Assembly: GCA_000146045.2 (NCBI GenBank)
Contig: BK006938.2
Location: forward strand, 320,001 to 384,000
DNA: 64,000 nucleotides
DNA from: TPA_inf: Saccharomyces
Lineage: Eukaryota
Reading direction: 5' to 3'
Shown: one piece after another, positions 25,665 through 37,139 of the stretch
How positions within the stretch are numbered: position 1 is the first letter of the stretch
Layout of the letters: every line of letters starts with the position of its first letter
Notes under the pieces: model-generated
Told to the model about the DNA's origin: nothing
Databases searched by the model: none
The model's input: the letters and a program-made list of their open reading frames with translations, nothing else
Program-made: the position numbers and the translations under genes

Positions 25665-28600
25665 ATGGACATCATTCAAGGACTGATACAGCAACCAAAA
25701 ATTCAATCTGTGGATGAAACCATTCCGACGTTGTGCGATCGAGTTGAGAACTCCACTTTGATTAGCGATAGGAGATCCGCTGTGCTGGGATTAAAGGCAT
25801 TTAGCCGGCAGTATAGAGAATCAGTGATTGCATCCGGGCTAAAACCGTTGCTCAATACTTTGAAACGTGATTATATGGATGAAGATTCGGTAAAGGCTAT
25901 ATTAGAAACAATTTTGATTCTTTTCATCAGAGGCGATGGCCATGACGACTTAACTAGAGGTTGGATTTCTCAACAATCGCGGTTGCAGAATGGCAAGTAT
26001 CCCTCACCATTGGTGATGAAGCAAGAAAAGGAACAAGTAGATCAGTTCTCGTTATGGATTGCTGATGCTTTGACGCAGTCTGAAGATTTAATTCACCTAC
26101 TTGTTGAATTTTGGGAAATCGATAATTTCCATATTAGATTGTACACAATTCAATTACTAGAGGCAGTGATGGCCACGAGGCCGTTGAAGGCGAGAAGTGC
26201 TTTGATTTCACTTCCAACGAGCATATCCACAATGGTCTCACTCCTAGATGACATGCATGAGCCCATCAGGGATGAAGCTATTTTATTATTAATGGCAGTA
26301 GTGAACGATTCACCTCACGTTCAAAAATTGGTTGCTTTTGAAAACATTTTTGAAAGGCTCTTTTCCATCATCGAAGAAGAAGGTGGGTTAAGAGGCTCTC
26401 TCGTCGTCAATGATTGTTTATCGTTGATCAATAACATCCTGAAGTATAACACTTCTAATCAAACTTTATTCCTTGAGACAGGAAACTTGCCAAAACTGGC
26501 ACACCTTTTGAGTGAACCAATATCTCAAGATGAAGTTTTTTTTTGGAATGATCAAAGGATAGTTAATATCAATACAGCTTTAGATATCGTCAGCCTAACA
26601 GTAGAGCCAGGAAATACTGTCACCACTAAGCATCAAAATGCGTTGCTTGACTCAAGCGTATTAATGGTTGTGTTGCGACTTGCATTCTTTCATAATATCC
26701 CAAAAAAAGTTAGACCGGTTGCTCTTTTGACTGCCGCAAACATGGTTAGAAGTAATGAACATGCACAGCTAGAGTTTAGTAAGATCGATGTTCCATATTT
26801 CGATCCTTCATTACCTGTAAACTCTACTGCAAACGGTGGTCCAATTAAATTAATTCCTGTAGTCAGCATCTTGATAAATTGGATGCTCTATGCCAACTCC
26901 GTTCACACGTTTGATACAAGAGTTGCGTGTTCTAGACTATTAAAGGCTTATTTCATGGATAATTTTGATCTTCAAAGAGATTTTTTACTAAAACAAGTCC
27001 AATTGTGTAATAATTCAACAAATAATGTCGGCGACAATGCTAAAGAAAATGGTGGTTCTAACAAATCTGATAAAGAAAGTGATTCAGATAAAGATACCGA
27101 CGGGAAGGATGGCACTGAATATGAAGGTTCTTTCAAGGCAAATCTATTCGAAGTCCTGTTAAATTATGACGCAGAATTGAATCTGAACCCTTTTAAATTA
27201 TTCTTCACAACTGATATTTTTATGTTTTTTTTCCAACAGGATCACAAATATAGCGAAGAACTACGTGAAATAACAAGAAATGTTACCACCGGTAACGATC
27301 TCGAAGACGAAGAACCCTTAAAGGCAATTCAAACAATAAGTGAATTGCTAACTACTTCCCTTACTGCTGCTGACATAAGAATTCCTATTTCCTACTTAAC
27401 GTTCCTAATATATTGGCTCTTTGGCGACTTTAAGGCCACGAACGATTTTCTTTCGGATAAATCCGTGATTAAATCCTTGCTTTCCTTCTCTTACCAAATT
27501 CAAGATGAAGACGTTACTATCAAATGCCTTGTAACAATGTTACTAGGTGTGGCATACGAGTTTTCCTCGAAAGAATCTCCATTCCCAAGAAAGGAATACT
27601 TCGAATTCATCACTAAAACTTTGGGAAAAGACAATTATGCTTCTCGAATCAAACAATTTAAAAAAGATTCATATTTCTCAAAAGTTGATATGAATGAAGA
27701 CAGTATACTAACTCCGGAGCTTGATGAAACTGGTTTACCAAAAGTTTATTTCAGCACTTACTTCATACAGTTATTTAATGAAAACATATACAGGATCAGA
27801 ACTGCATTGTCTCACGACCCTGACGAAGAGCCAATCAATAAAATATCTTTCGAAGAAGTCGAAAAATTACAGAGGCAATGTACAAAATTGAAGGGTGAGA
27901 TAACTTCTTTGCAAACAGAAACGGAAAGCACCCATGAGAACCTCACCGAAAAATTGATTGCGTTGACTAATGAACACAAAGAGTTGGATGAGAAATACCA
28001 AATTTTGAATTCCTCACATTCTTCGTTGAAAGAAAACTTTTCCATTTTGGAAACTGAATTGAAGAACGTCAGAGATTCCTTGGATGAAATGACGCAACTG
28101 AGAGATGTACTGGAAACTAAGGACAAAGAAAATCAAACTGCTTTACTGGAGTACAAAAGCACAATCCACAAACAAGAAGACTCTATCAAAACTTTAGAAA
28201 AAGGACTTGAAACTATTTTGTCTCAAAAGAAAAAGGCAGAAGATGGTATAAACAAAATGGGTAAAGATTTATTCGCTCTGAGTAGAGAGATGCAAGCAGT
28301 TGAGGAGAATTGTAAAAATTTACAGAAGGAAAAAGATAAAAGCAATGTCAACCATCAGAAAGAGACTAAATCACTAAAAGAAGATATTGCGGCAAAAATT
28401 ACTGAAATAAAAGCTATCAATGAAAATCTGGAAGAAATGAAAATTCAATGTAATAATTTATCAAAAGAAAAGGAACATATTTCGAAGGAACTTGTTGAGT
28501 ACAAATCCCGCTTTCAGAGTCATGACAATCTAGTAGCGAAACTAACAGAAAAATTGAAATCCTTAGCAAATAACTATAAGGATATGCAAGCTGAAAATGA

Positions 28601-31037
28601 GTCTCTAATAAAAGCTGTAGAAGAGTCAAAAAACGAAAGCAGCATACAATTGTCTAATTTGCAAAATAAAATTGATTCTATGTCACAGGAAAAAGAAAAT
28701 TTTCAAATAGAAAGAGGCAGTATAGAAAAAAATATCGAACAACTAAAAAAAACCATCTCTGACTTAGAACAAACGAAGGAGGAAATTATCTCAAAATCCG
28801 ATTCTTCAAAAGATGAATATGAGTCCCAGATTAGTCTCTTGAAAGAAAAATTAGAAACGGCGACAACAGCAAACGATGAAAACGTGAATAAAATCTCAGA
28901 ATTGACTAAAACTAGGGAAGAGCTGGAAGCCGAGTTAGCAGCTTATAAAAATCTCAAAAATGAACTTGAAACAAAACTAGAAACTTCAGAGAAAGCTTTG
29001 AAAGAAGTTAAAGAAAACGAGGAGCATTTAAAAGAAGAGAAAATTCAACTCGAGAAGGAGGCCACTGAAACCAAACAGCAACTCAACAGCCTACGTGCCA
29101 ATTTAGAATCATTAGAAAAAGAGCATGAAGATTTAGCAGCTCAGTTGAAGAAGTACGAGGAGCAAATTGCCAACAAGGAAAGGCAATATAACGAGGAAAT
29201 ATCTCAATTAAATGATGAGATTACTTCCACTCAACAAGAAAATGAATCAATTAAGAAAAAAAATGACGAACTGGAGGGCGAAGTTAAAGCAATGAAGAGC
29301 ACTTCAGAGGAACAATCAAATTTGAAAAAGTCAGAGATTGATGCCTTAAATTTGCAAATTAAAGAGCTGAAAAAGAAGAACGAAACGAACGAAGCCAGTT
29401 TATTGGAGTCAATCAAAAGTGTAGAATCAGAAACGGTAAAAATTAAAGAATTACAAGACGAATGTAACTTTAAAGAAAAGGAAGTTAGTGAATTGGAAGA
29501 CAAACTCAAGGCCTCAGAAGATAAGAACTCTAAATATTTGGAGCTACAGAAGGAATCGGAGAAGATAAAAGAAGAACTAGATGCTAAAACGACTGAACTA
29601 AAAATTCAATTGGAAAAGATCACTAATTTATCTAAGGCCAAGGAGAAATCAGAATCTGAGTTGTCTAGATTGAAGAAGACATCTTCTGAGGAAAGAAAAA
29701 ATGCAGAGGAGCAATTGGAAAAATTGAAAAATGAAATACAAATCAAAAATCAGGCCTTCGAAAAGGAAAGAAAGCTACTTAATGAAGGATCTTCAACAAT
29801 TACACAAGAATATTCTGAAAAGATCAATACTTTGGAAGATGAATTAATTAGGCTACAAAATGAAAACGAATTAAAAGCCAAAGAGATCGATAATACGAGG
29901 AGTGAACTAGAGAAGGTTAGTTTAAGCAATGATGAGCTTTTAGAAGAGAAACAAAACACAATAAAAAGCTTACAAGATGAAATTCTTTCATATAAAGACA
30001 AAATAACTAGAAATGACGAAAAGCTTCTATCAATAGAGCGAGATAATAAACGAGACCTGGAGAGCTTGAAAGAACAACTCCGGGCTGCACAAGAATCCAA
30101 AGCTAAAGTTGAAGAAGGGCTGAAAAAACTTGAGGAAGAATCTTCAAAAGAGAAAGCAGAGCTTGAAAAGTCTAAAGAAATGATGAAAAAGCTAGAGAGT
30201 ACGATTGAGAGCAATGAAACGGAGTTGAAATCCTCAATGGAAACCATAAGGAAATCAGATGAAAAATTAGAACAGTCGAAAAAAAGTGCTGAGGAGGATA
30301 TTAAAAACTTGCAACATGAGAAGTCAGATTTGATATCCCGAATCAACGAATCTGAAAAGGATATTGAAGAACTGAAAAGTAAACTGAGGATCGAAGCAAA
30401 ATCTGGCTCTGAACTAGAAACCGTAAAACAAGAGCTAAATAACGCACAAGAAAAAATAAGGATCAACGCAGAAGAAAATACAGTTTTGAAATCTAAATTA
30501 GAAGATATAGAACGTGAACTCAAAGACAAGCAAGCCGAAATAAAAAGTAATCAAGAAGAAAAAGAATTACTAACTTCGCGCCTCAAGGAATTAGAACAGG
30601 AATTAGATAGCACCCAACAGAAGGCACAAAAATCCGAGGAAGAACGTAGGGCCGAAGTCAGGAAGTTTCAAGTCGAAAAGTCTCAACTTGATGAAAAAGC
30701 CATGTTGCTTGAAACTAAATACAACGATTTGGTGAATAAAGAGCAAGCATGGAAAAGGGATGAAGATACTGTTAAAAAGACAACCGATTCTCAGAGACAA
30801 GAAATTGAAAAGTTGGCTAAAGAACTGGATAACTTGAAGGCAGAGAACTCTAAGTTGAAGGAAGCTAACGAAGATCGTTCGGAAATTGATGACTTGATGC
30901 TCTTGGTTACTGACCTAGATGAGAAAAACGCCAAATATCGCTCAAAGCTGAAGGATTTGGGCGTTGAAATTAGTTCGGATGAAGAGGATGATGAAGAAGA
31001 TGATGAAGAAGACGAGGAAGAAGGGCAAGTGGCATGA
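25665..31037 (+). CDS. USO1: ER-to-Golgi vesicle tethering factor (p115 homolog): N-terminal armadillo-like head, about 1000-aa coiled coil, acidic tail DEEDDEEDDEEDEEEGQVA (1790 aa)
   Basis: 1790-aa ORF with a globular head followed by a long heptad-rich E/K/L/Q coiled coil and an acidic C-terminus. Size and synteny match YDL058W. Confidence 0.95.
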   Translation: MDIIQGLIQQPKIQSVDETIPTLCDRVENSTLISDRRSAVLGLKAFSRQYRESVIASGLKPLLNTLKRDYMDEDSVKAILETILILFIRGDGHDDLTRGWISQQSRLQNGKYPSPLVMKQEKEQVDQFSLWIADALTQSEDLIHLLVEFWEIDNFHIRLYTIQLLEAVMATRPLKARSALISLPTSISTMVSLLDDMHEPIRDEAILLLMAVVNDSPHVQKLVAFENIFERLFSIIEEEGGLRGSLVVNDCLSLINNILKYNTSNQTLFLETGNLPKLAHLLSEPISQDEVFFWNDQRIVNINTALDIVSLTVEPGNTVTTKHQNALLDSSVLMVVLRLAFFHNIPKKVRPVALLTAANMVRSNEHAQLEFSKIDVPYFDPSLPVNSTANGGPIKLIPVVSILINWMLYANSVHTFDTRVACSRLLKAYFMDNFDLQRDFLLKQVQLCNNSTNNVGDNAKENGGSNKSDKESDSDKDTDGKDGTEYEGSFKANLFEVLLNYDAELNLNPFKLFFTTDIFMFFFQQDHKYSEELREITRNVTTGNDLEDEEPLKAIQTISELLTTSLTAADIRIPISYLTFLIYWLFGDFKATNDFLSDKSVIKSLLSFSYQIQDEDVTIKCLVTMLLGVAYEFSSKESPFPRKEYFEFITKTLGKDNYASRIKQFKKDSYFSKVDMNEDSILTPELDETGLPKVYFSTYFIQLFNENIYRIRTALSHDPDEEPINKISFEEVEKLQRQCTKLKGEITSLQTETESTHENLTEKLIALTNEHKELDEKYQILNSSHSSLKENFSILETELKNVRDSLDEMTQLRDVLETKDKENQTALLEYKSTIHKQEDSIKTLEKGLETILSQKKKAEDGINKMGKDLFALSREMQAVEENCKNLQKEKDKSNVNHQKETKSLKEDIAAKITEIKAINENLEEMKIQCNNLSKEKEHISKELVEYKSRFQSHDNLVAKLTEKLKSLANNYKDMQAENESLIKAVEESKNESSIQLSNLQNKIDSMSQEKENFQIERGSIEKNIEQLKKTISDLEQTKEEIISKSDSSKDEYESQISLLKEKLETATTANDENVNKISELTKTREELEAELAAYKNLKNELETKLETSEKALKEVKENEEHLKEEKIQLEKEATETKQQLNSLRANLESLEKEHEDLAAQLKKYEEQIANKERQYNEEISQLNDEITSTQQENESIKKKNDELEGEVKAMKSTSEEQSNLKKSEIDALNLQIKELKKKNETNEASLLESIKSVESETVKIKELQDECNFKEKEVSELEDKLKASEDKNSKYLELQKESEKIKEELDAKTTELKIQLEKITNLSKAKEKSESELSRLKKTSSEERKNAEEQLEKLKNEIQIKNQAFEKERKLLNEGSSTITQEYSEKINTLEDELIRLQNENELKAKEIDNTRSELEKVSLSNDELLEEKQNTIKSLQDEILSYKDKITRNDEKLLSIERDNKRDLESLKEQLRAAQESKAKVEEGLKKLEEESSKEKAELEKSKEMMKKLESTIESNETELKSSMETIRKSDEKLEQSKKSAEEDIKNLQHEKSDLISRINESEKDIEELKSKLRIEAKSGSELETVKQELNNAQEKIRINAEENTVLKSKLEDIERELKDKQAEIKSNQEEKELLTSRLKELEQELDSTQQKAQKSEEERRAEVRKFQVEKSQLDEKAMLLETKYNDLVNKEQAWKRDEDTVKKTTDSQRQEIEKLAKELDNLKAENSKLKEANEDRSEIDDLMLLVTDLDEKNAKYRSKLKDLGVEISSDEEDDEEDDEEDEEEGQVA
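30979..31024 (+). repeat. Coding GAW trinucleotide tract (GAT/GAA)n encoding the acidic tail of Uso1
   Basis: The run gatgaagaggatgatgaagaagatgatgaagaagacgaggaagaa is seen directly. Confidence 0.8.
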
Positions 31038-31433
31038 TAGAGTTAAAATATGTGCATAAACAAATCGCTTGAACGATCTGTTTGATTATGTGGGCAGCAC
31101 TACTTTTTTGTAATTATATATGCATATATACATTTTACTGACACTAAATGTTATATTTTCTATAACATCTAACATTACTTCACGCCTTCTAATTAAAGTA
31201 TAGTTTGTGCAAACAATATGTGAGCTCACGTAGACAATTGTCTAATATATCATTAATGTCCCTTGCATAGAACTTCCTTTTTTTTTCTCAGCGTCGCAAT
31301 ATCTCTGTCGAGAAACGCTTACGCATTATAATAAGCCAAGGAAAAATAGCGAAAAGCCGATGCAGATCTACAGGAGTGATGAAAGTACTAAAAAGATCAG
31401 AAAAGGGAATATTTGTCAAATAACCAAGTCGAA

Positions 31434-32420
31434 ATGGAAAAAAAACATGTCACTGTGCAAATACAAAGTGCTCCCCCCTCCTATATCAAATTGGAAGCAA
31501 ATGAAAAATTCGTATATATTACAAGTACAATGAACGGCTTATCTTATCAAATTGCGGCTATAGTTTCATACCCAGAAAAGAGAAATTCATCAACTGCAAA
31601 TAAAGAAGATGGTAAATTACTGTGCAAGGAAAATAAACTAGCATTGTTACTACACGGAAGTCAATCTCACAAGAACGCTATTTATCAAACTTTACTAGCA
31701 AAAAGGCTGGCCGAATTCGGATATTGGGTACTAAGAATAGATTTTAGGGGCCAAGGTGATTCCTCAGATAACTGCGACCCTGGCCTTGGTAGGACGCTCG
31801 CTCAGGATCTTGAAGATTTGAGTACAGTATACCAAACAGTATCTGACAGGTCTCTTAGGGTGCAATTGTACAAAACTAGTACAATATCACTGGACGTGGT
31901 TGTGGCACATTCTAGAGGATCTCTTGCCATGTTCAAATTCTGTCTAAAATTACATGCAGCTGAATCTCCATTACCGTCTCACCTGATCAATTGCGCTGGA
32001 AGATATGATGGGAGAGGACTTATTGAACGCTGCACACGACTGCACCCGCATTGGCAAGCAGAAGGTGGGTTTTGGGCGAATGGTCCACGAAATGGCGAAT
32101 ACAAAGACTTTTGGATACCATTAAGTGAGACTTATAGTATCGCTGGCGTTTGCGTTCCGGAATTTGCCACGATACCACAAACTTGTTCAGTAATGTCCTG
32201 CTATGGCATGTGTGATCACATAGTGCCAATTAGCGCAGCCTCAAATTATGCAAGGCTTTTCGAGGGCAGACATTCATTGAAACTTATTGAAAATGCGGAC
32301 CACAATTATTATGGCATTGAAGGTGATCCCAACGCGCTAGGCTTACCGATAAGGAGGGGTAGAGTCAACTACTCACCACTAGTAGTTGATCTAATTATGG
32401 AATACCTGCAAGATACATAG
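31434..32420 (+). CDS. Uncharacterised alpha/beta-hydrolase-fold protein (328 aa from MEKKHVTVQ; ORF extends to 31413)
   Basis: Nucleophile-elbow-like AHSRGS motif with downstream Asp/His candidates. Position corresponds to YDL057W. Start choice rests on my recollection of a 328-aa product. Confidence 0.75.
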   Translation: MEKKHVTVQIQSAPPSYIKLEANEKFVYITSTMNGLSYQIAAIVSYPEKRNSSTANKEDGKLLCKENKLALLLHGSQSHKNAIYQTLLAKRLAEFGYWVLRIDFRGQGDSSDNCDPGLGRTLAQDLEDLSTVYQTVSDRSLRVQLYKTSTISLDVVVAHSRGSLAMFKFCLKLHAAESPLPSHLINCAGRYDGRGLIERCTRLHPHWQAEGGFWANGPRNGEYKDFWIPLSETYSIAGVCVPEFATIPQTCSVMSCYGMCDHIVPISAASNYARLFEGRHSLKLIENADHNYYGIEGDPNALGLPIRRGRVNYSPLVVDLIMEYLQDT

Positions 32421-32876
32421 ACCATACAACTACATATTAATCTAAGATAAGTCTTGTGCTGAGTTTGGTCACTTTGCGGGATCACCCGCATAAAGTCGTC
32501 GGCATTGCAGTTTAAGATCAAATAGAGGCAATACTACGCTGTGAGACGATATTTCTGATCGTGATTAAACTGGTATTCCACATGTTCAGCATCCATTAGC
32601 CGTTAGAGATAATTCATTTACGTTCCTTTTTTCTCTTGCGCTTGAGATTGTTAGATTGTTAAATTACTACTGCTTTGTTTTTCCATCCGATTAGTATAAT
32701 CAACAGATGAAAAAATGAAAAAAAGAAAACAAAATCAACATAACTTGCACAAGATTGAGCCATCGGAAAATAAAGCCCATTGTAATTCATATAACTAAAC
32801 ATCATATCAAGTGCGATTGGTCTGCAAAATCGTGCTTAACATTCCGAGACACAACGTAAATCCCAGAAACACAAGC

Positions 32877-35378
32877 ATGTCTAACCAAATATACTCAGCG
32901 AGATATTCGGGGGTTGATGTTTATGAATTCATTCATTCTACAGGATCTATCATGAAAAGGAAAAAGGATGATTGGGTCAATGCTACACATATTTTAAAGG
33001 CCGCCAATTTTGCCAAGGCTAAAAGAACAAGGATTCTAGAGAAGGAAGTACTTAAGGAAACTCATGAAAAAGTTCAGGGTGGATTTGGTAAATATCAGGG
33101 TACATGGGTCCCACTGAACATAGCGAAACAACTGGCAGAAAAATTTAGTGTCTACGATCAGCTGAAACCGTTGTTCGACTTTACGCAAACAGATGGGTCT
33201 GCTTCTCCACCTCCTGCTCCAAAACATCACCATGCCTCGAAGGTGGATAGGAAAAAGGCTATTAGAAGTGCAAGTACTTCCGCAATTATGGAAACAAAAA
33301 GAAACAACAAGAAAGCCGAGGAAAATCAATTTCAAAGCAGCAAAATATTGGGAAATCCCACGGCTGCACCAAGGAAAAGAGGTAGACCGGTAGGATCTAC
33401 GAGGGGAAGTAGGCGGAAGTTAGGTGTCAATTTACAACGTTCTCAAAGTGATATGGGATTTCCTAGACCGGCGATACCGAATTCTTCAATATCGACAACG
33501 CAACTTCCCTCTATTAGATCCACCATGGGACCACAATCCCCTACATTGGGTATTCTGGAAGAAGAAAGGCACGATTCTCGACAGCAGCAGCCGCAACAAA
33601 ATAATTCTGCACAGTTCAAAGAAATTGATCTTGAGGACGGCTTATCAAGCGATGTGGAACCTTCACAACAATTACAACAAGTTTTTAATCAAAATACTGG
33701 ATTTGTACCCCAACAACAATCTTCCTTGATACAGACACAGCAAACAGAATCAATGGCCACGTCCGTATCTTCCTCTCCTTCATTACCTACGTCACCGGGC
33801 GATTTTGCCGATAGTAATCCATTTGAAGAGCGATTTCCCGGTGGTGGAACATCTCCTATTATTTCCATGATCCCGCGTTATCCTGTAACTTCAAGGCCTC
33901 AAACATCGGATATTAATGATAAAGTTAACAAATACCTTTCAAAATTGGTTGATTATTTTATTTCCAATGAAATGAAGTCAAATAAGTCCCTACCACAAGT
34001 GTTATTGCACCCACCTCCACACAGCGCTCCCTATATAGATGCTCCAATCGATCCAGAATTACATACTGCCTTCCATTGGGCTTGTTCTATGGGTAATTTA
34101 CCAATTGCTGAGGCGTTGTACGAAGCCGGAACAAGTATCAGATCGACAAATTCTCAAGGCCAAACTCCATTGATGAGAAGTTCCTTATTCCACAATTCAT
34201 ACACTAGAAGAACTTTCCCTAGAATTTTCCAGCTACTGCACGAGACCGTATTTGATATCGATTCGCAATCACAAACAGTAATTCACCATATTGTGAAACG
34301 AAAATCAACAACACCTTCTGCAGTTTATTATCTTGATGTTGTGCTATCTAAGATCAAGGATTTTTCCCCACAGTATAGAATTGAATTACTTTTAAACACA
34401 CAAGACAAAAATGGCGATACCGCACTTCATATTGCTTCTAAAAATGGAGATGTTGTTTTTTTTAATACACTGGTCAAAATGGGTGCATTAACTACTATTT
34501 CCAATAAGGAAGGATTAACCGCCAATGAAATAATGAATCAACAATATGAGCAAATGATGATACAAAATGGTACAAATCAACATGTCAATTCTTCAAACAC
34601 GGACTTGAATATCCACGTTAATACAAACAACATTGAAACGAAAAATGATGTTAATTCAATGGTAATCATGTCGCCTGTTTCTCCTTCGGATTACATAACC
34701 TATCCATCTCAAATTGCCACCAATATATCAAGAAATATTCCAAATGTAGTGAATTCTATGAAGCAAATGGCTAGCATATACAACGATCTTCATGAACAGC
34801 ATGACAACGAAATAAAAAGTTTGCAAAAAACTTTAAAAAGCATTTCTAAGACGAAAATACAGGTAAGCCTAAAAACTTTAGAGGTATTGAAAGAGAGCAG
34901 TAAAGATGAAAACGGCGAAGCTCAGACTAATGATGACTTCGAAATTTTATCTCGTCTACAAGAACAAAATACTAAGAAATTGAGAAAAAGGCTCATACGA
35001 TACAAACGGTTGATAAAACAAAAGCTGGAATACAGGCAAACGGTTTTATTGAACAAATTAATAGAAGATGAAACTCAGGCTACCACCAATAACACAGTTG
35101 AGAAAGATAATAATACGCTGGAAAGGTTGGAATTGGCTCAAGAACTAACGATGTTGCAATTACAAAGGAAAAACAAATTGAGTTCCTTGGTGAAGAAATT
35201 TGAAGACAATGCCAAGATTCATAAATATAGACGGATTATCAGGGAAGGTACGGAAATGAATATTGAAGAAGTAGATAGTTCGCTGGATGTAATACTACAG
35301 ACATTGATAGCCAACAATAATAAAAATAAGGGCGCAGAACAGATCATCACAATCTCAAACGCGAATAGTCATGCATAA
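32877..35378 (+). CDS. MBP1: MBF transcription factor DNA-binding subunit (APSES/KilA-N domain plus ankyrin repeats), 833 aa from MSNQIYSARYSGVDVYEF; ORF extends 22 codons upstream to 32811
   Basis: The N-terminal APSES domain sequence is recognised (MSNQIYSARYSGVDVYEFIHSTGSIMKRKKDDWVNATHILKAANFAK). Ankyrin repeats lie around TPLMRSS...GDTALHIASKNGD. ATG at 32877..32879 verified. Confidence 0.93.
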   Translation: MSNQIYSARYSGVDVYEFIHSTGSIMKRKKDDWVNATHILKAANFAKAKRTRILEKEVLKETHEKVQGGFGKYQGTWVPLNIAKQLAEKFSVYDQLKPLFDFTQTDGSASPPPAPKHHHASKVDRKKAIRSASTSAIMETKRNNKKAEENQFQSSKILGNPTAAPRKRGRPVGSTRGSRRKLGVNLQRSQSDMGFPRPAIPNSSISTTQLPSIRSTMGPQSPTLGILEEERHDSRQQQPQQNNSAQFKEIDLEDGLSSDVEPSQQLQQVFNQNTGFVPQQQSSLIQTQQTESMATSVSSSPSLPTSPGDFADSNPFEERFPGGGTSPIISMIPRYPVTSRPQTSDINDKVNKYLSKLVDYFISNEMKSNKSLPQVLLHPPPHSAPYIDAPIDPELHTAFHWACSMGNLPIAEALYEAGTSIRSTNSQGQTPLMRSSLFHNSYTRRTFPRIFQLLHETVFDIDSQSQTVIHHIVKRKSTTPSAVYYLDVVLSKIKDFSPQYRIELLLNTQDKNGDTALHIASKNGDVVFFNTLVKMGALTTISNKEGLTANEIMNQQYEQMMIQNGTNQHVNSSNTDLNIHVNTNNIETKNDVNSMVIMSPVSPSDYITYPSQIATNISRNIPNVVNSMKQMASIYNDLHEQHDNEIKSLQKTLKSISKTKIQVSLKTLEVLKESSKDENGEAQTNDDFEILSRLQEQNTKKLRKRLIRYKRLIKQKLEYRQTVLLNKLIEDETQATTNNTVEKDNNTLERLELAQELTMLQLQRKNKLSSLVKKFEDNAKIHKYRRIIREGTEMNIEEVDSSLDVILQTLIANNNKNKGAEQIITISNANSHA

Positions 35379-35673
35379 AATATACATAAATAGAGGAACT
35401 TTACATGTATCCATATACTGAAAAATAGATAAAACAATGAGATAATATTTATTAACTTCTACGTAAATAAAAAGTTACATAAGGATCAACCTTTTTTTCT
35501 TTATTTTCTTTTTTTTTTTTATTTTTCATTTTCAATTACAAACTAAGACATAACAGTAAGCAGTGCTTTTTCTGTGCATGTTTTCCTCTTTTTATAATGA
35601 TATTGGCTAAAATAAAATTAACAAAAACAGATGAGTGATATAGATTATATTCATTACAGTTCGTTTTCCTAAC

Positions 35674-36759
35674 TCACATAATAATAGCTTCCTTTGGAAC
35701 ATTATCGGAGATAGACTTATGAGGTAAGACTTTACCACCGTTGATGTAGATTTCGTCCTTAACTTCAACGTCGTCACCCAAGACAGTGACACCTTCCAAA
35801 CGACACCATTGACCAACGGTAGAGTTCCAGCCTACGATGGTAGATTTGACCAAGGAGTGGTTCTTGATGGTGGAGTTGCACAAAACAACAGATCTGGTGA
35901 TTCTAACACCATCACCGATGGTGACATTAGGACCGATAACCACGTCTGGGCCAATCTTAGCAGTGGAGGAAATCTTAGCGGTTGGGTCGATCAAGGCATT
36001 ACCAACAATGTTGGCACCTGTAGCCAATTTTTTTGGTTGTCTCTTGGCCAAAGAGTTCAAGTAAAGAACGGTACCAGACAAGAAGTCCTTTGGTTGACCA
36101 ACATCCATCCAGAAACCTTCCAAATCGAAGGAATATAGTTGTTTTTCTTCGACCAAGATTGGGAAAGTTTCCTTTTCAATTGAAGTTGGCTTCATTTCAA
36201 TCAAGTCAATGACTTCTGGGTTTAAAATGTACAAACCGGCGTTAATTCTGTTACCAACAAATTCCTTTGGCTTTTCAACAAATCTGTCAATCAAGTTTGG
36301 AGTAGCTATATCATGGACAATGACACCGTATTTAGAAGGTTCGTCGACCTTGGTAGCAACAATGGTACCTTTACCACCGTGAGCTTTGTGGAAGTCAGCC
36401 AATTCCTTGAATGGATATTCGCAAATGACGTCGGAGTTTAGGACGAAAAATGGAGAGTTGTCCTTCTTCAAAACATCTTCAGCCAATTTCAATGGACCTG
36501 CAGTACCTAATGGTTCAGTTTCTACAGAGAAAGTGATGTTAACACCATATTCCTTTTCGTACTTCTTCAAAGTTTCCACCATGACTTCTGGTCTGTAATT
36601 AACAGCAAGAACGATGTCAGTAACACCAGCGTTGGCTAAAGCCTCGATTTGGTGTAAAATCATTGGTCTATTACCGAATTCAACCAGTGGCTTTGGAACG
36701 GTCAAAGTTAAAGGTCTCAATCTGGTACCGTAACCACCGACTAAAATTAAACCTTTCAT
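35674..36759 (-). CDS. PSA1: GDP-mannose pyrophosphorylase (mannose-1-phosphate guanylyltransferase), 361 aa
   Basis: N-terminal nucleotidyltransferase motif [18 protein letters not shown] and C-terminal left-handed beta-helix hexapeptide repeats. 361 aa; synteny YDL055C. Confidence 0.95.
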   Translation of the reverse strand: MKGLILVGGYGTRLRPLTLTVPKPLVEFGNRPMILHQIEALANAGVTDIVLAVNYRPEVMVETLKKYEKEYGVNITFSVETEPLGTAGPLKLAEDVLKKDNSPFFVLNSDVICEYPFKELADFHKAHGGKGTIVATKVDEPSKYGVIVHDIATPNLIDRFVEKPKEFVGNRINAGLYILNPEVIDLIEMKPTSIEKETFPILVEEKQLYSFDLEGFWMDVGQPKDFLSGTVLYLNSLAKRQPKKLATGANIVGNALIDPTAKISSTAKIGPDVVIGPNVTIGDGVRITRSVVLCNSTIKNHSLVKSTIVGWNSTVGQWCRLEGVTVLGDDVEVKDEIYINGGKVLPHKSISDNVPKEAIIM

Positions 36760-37118
36760 TTTTCAATTATATATGTTTTATTTGTTGAAGTTGTAGCTTG
36801 TCTTGTGCTGATAATATTTTGTTTGTATAGTCAACAAAATATTTGGACAGAAGAAAAGAGTTAGCGAATGTAAAGTAGTTTGCACACTTGATGAACGTTA
36901 TCAAAGTCAAAGAGGTGAGAACAAGATAGACAAAGAAAAAAAAAATACAGTTTTGGAGAAAAGAAAACAAGACTATGTGAAACTTCTAACAATGACGTGA
37001 AAAGTCTACTATATATATGTTTACAAGAGCGCCACGAGGCAAGGAAAAAAAGAAAACAAAGCGAGAAACCACCAGCTTACTTTACTACCGGTCAGCTGTG
37101 GTTCTGTGTCTGTTCGTC

Positions 37119-37139
37119 TGTTTGTTTGTTTGTTTGTTT
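37119..37139. repeat. (TTTG)n tetranucleotide repeat, about 5 units
   Basis: Seen directly about 360 bp upstream of the PSA1 ATG. Confidence 0.9.

Noticed and set aside
29750-30529. 259-aa Ser/Phe-rich ORF on the minus strand inside USO1, plus several 90-140-aa antisense ORFs at 27812-28126, 29231-29509 and 5212-5640 (opposite BRE1)
   Set aside because: They lie antisense to GAA/AAG/GAG-rich coiled-coil coding sequence, whose reverse complement (TTC/CTT/CTC) is stop-poor. The composition is low-complexity mirror sequence, so these are artefacts, not genes.
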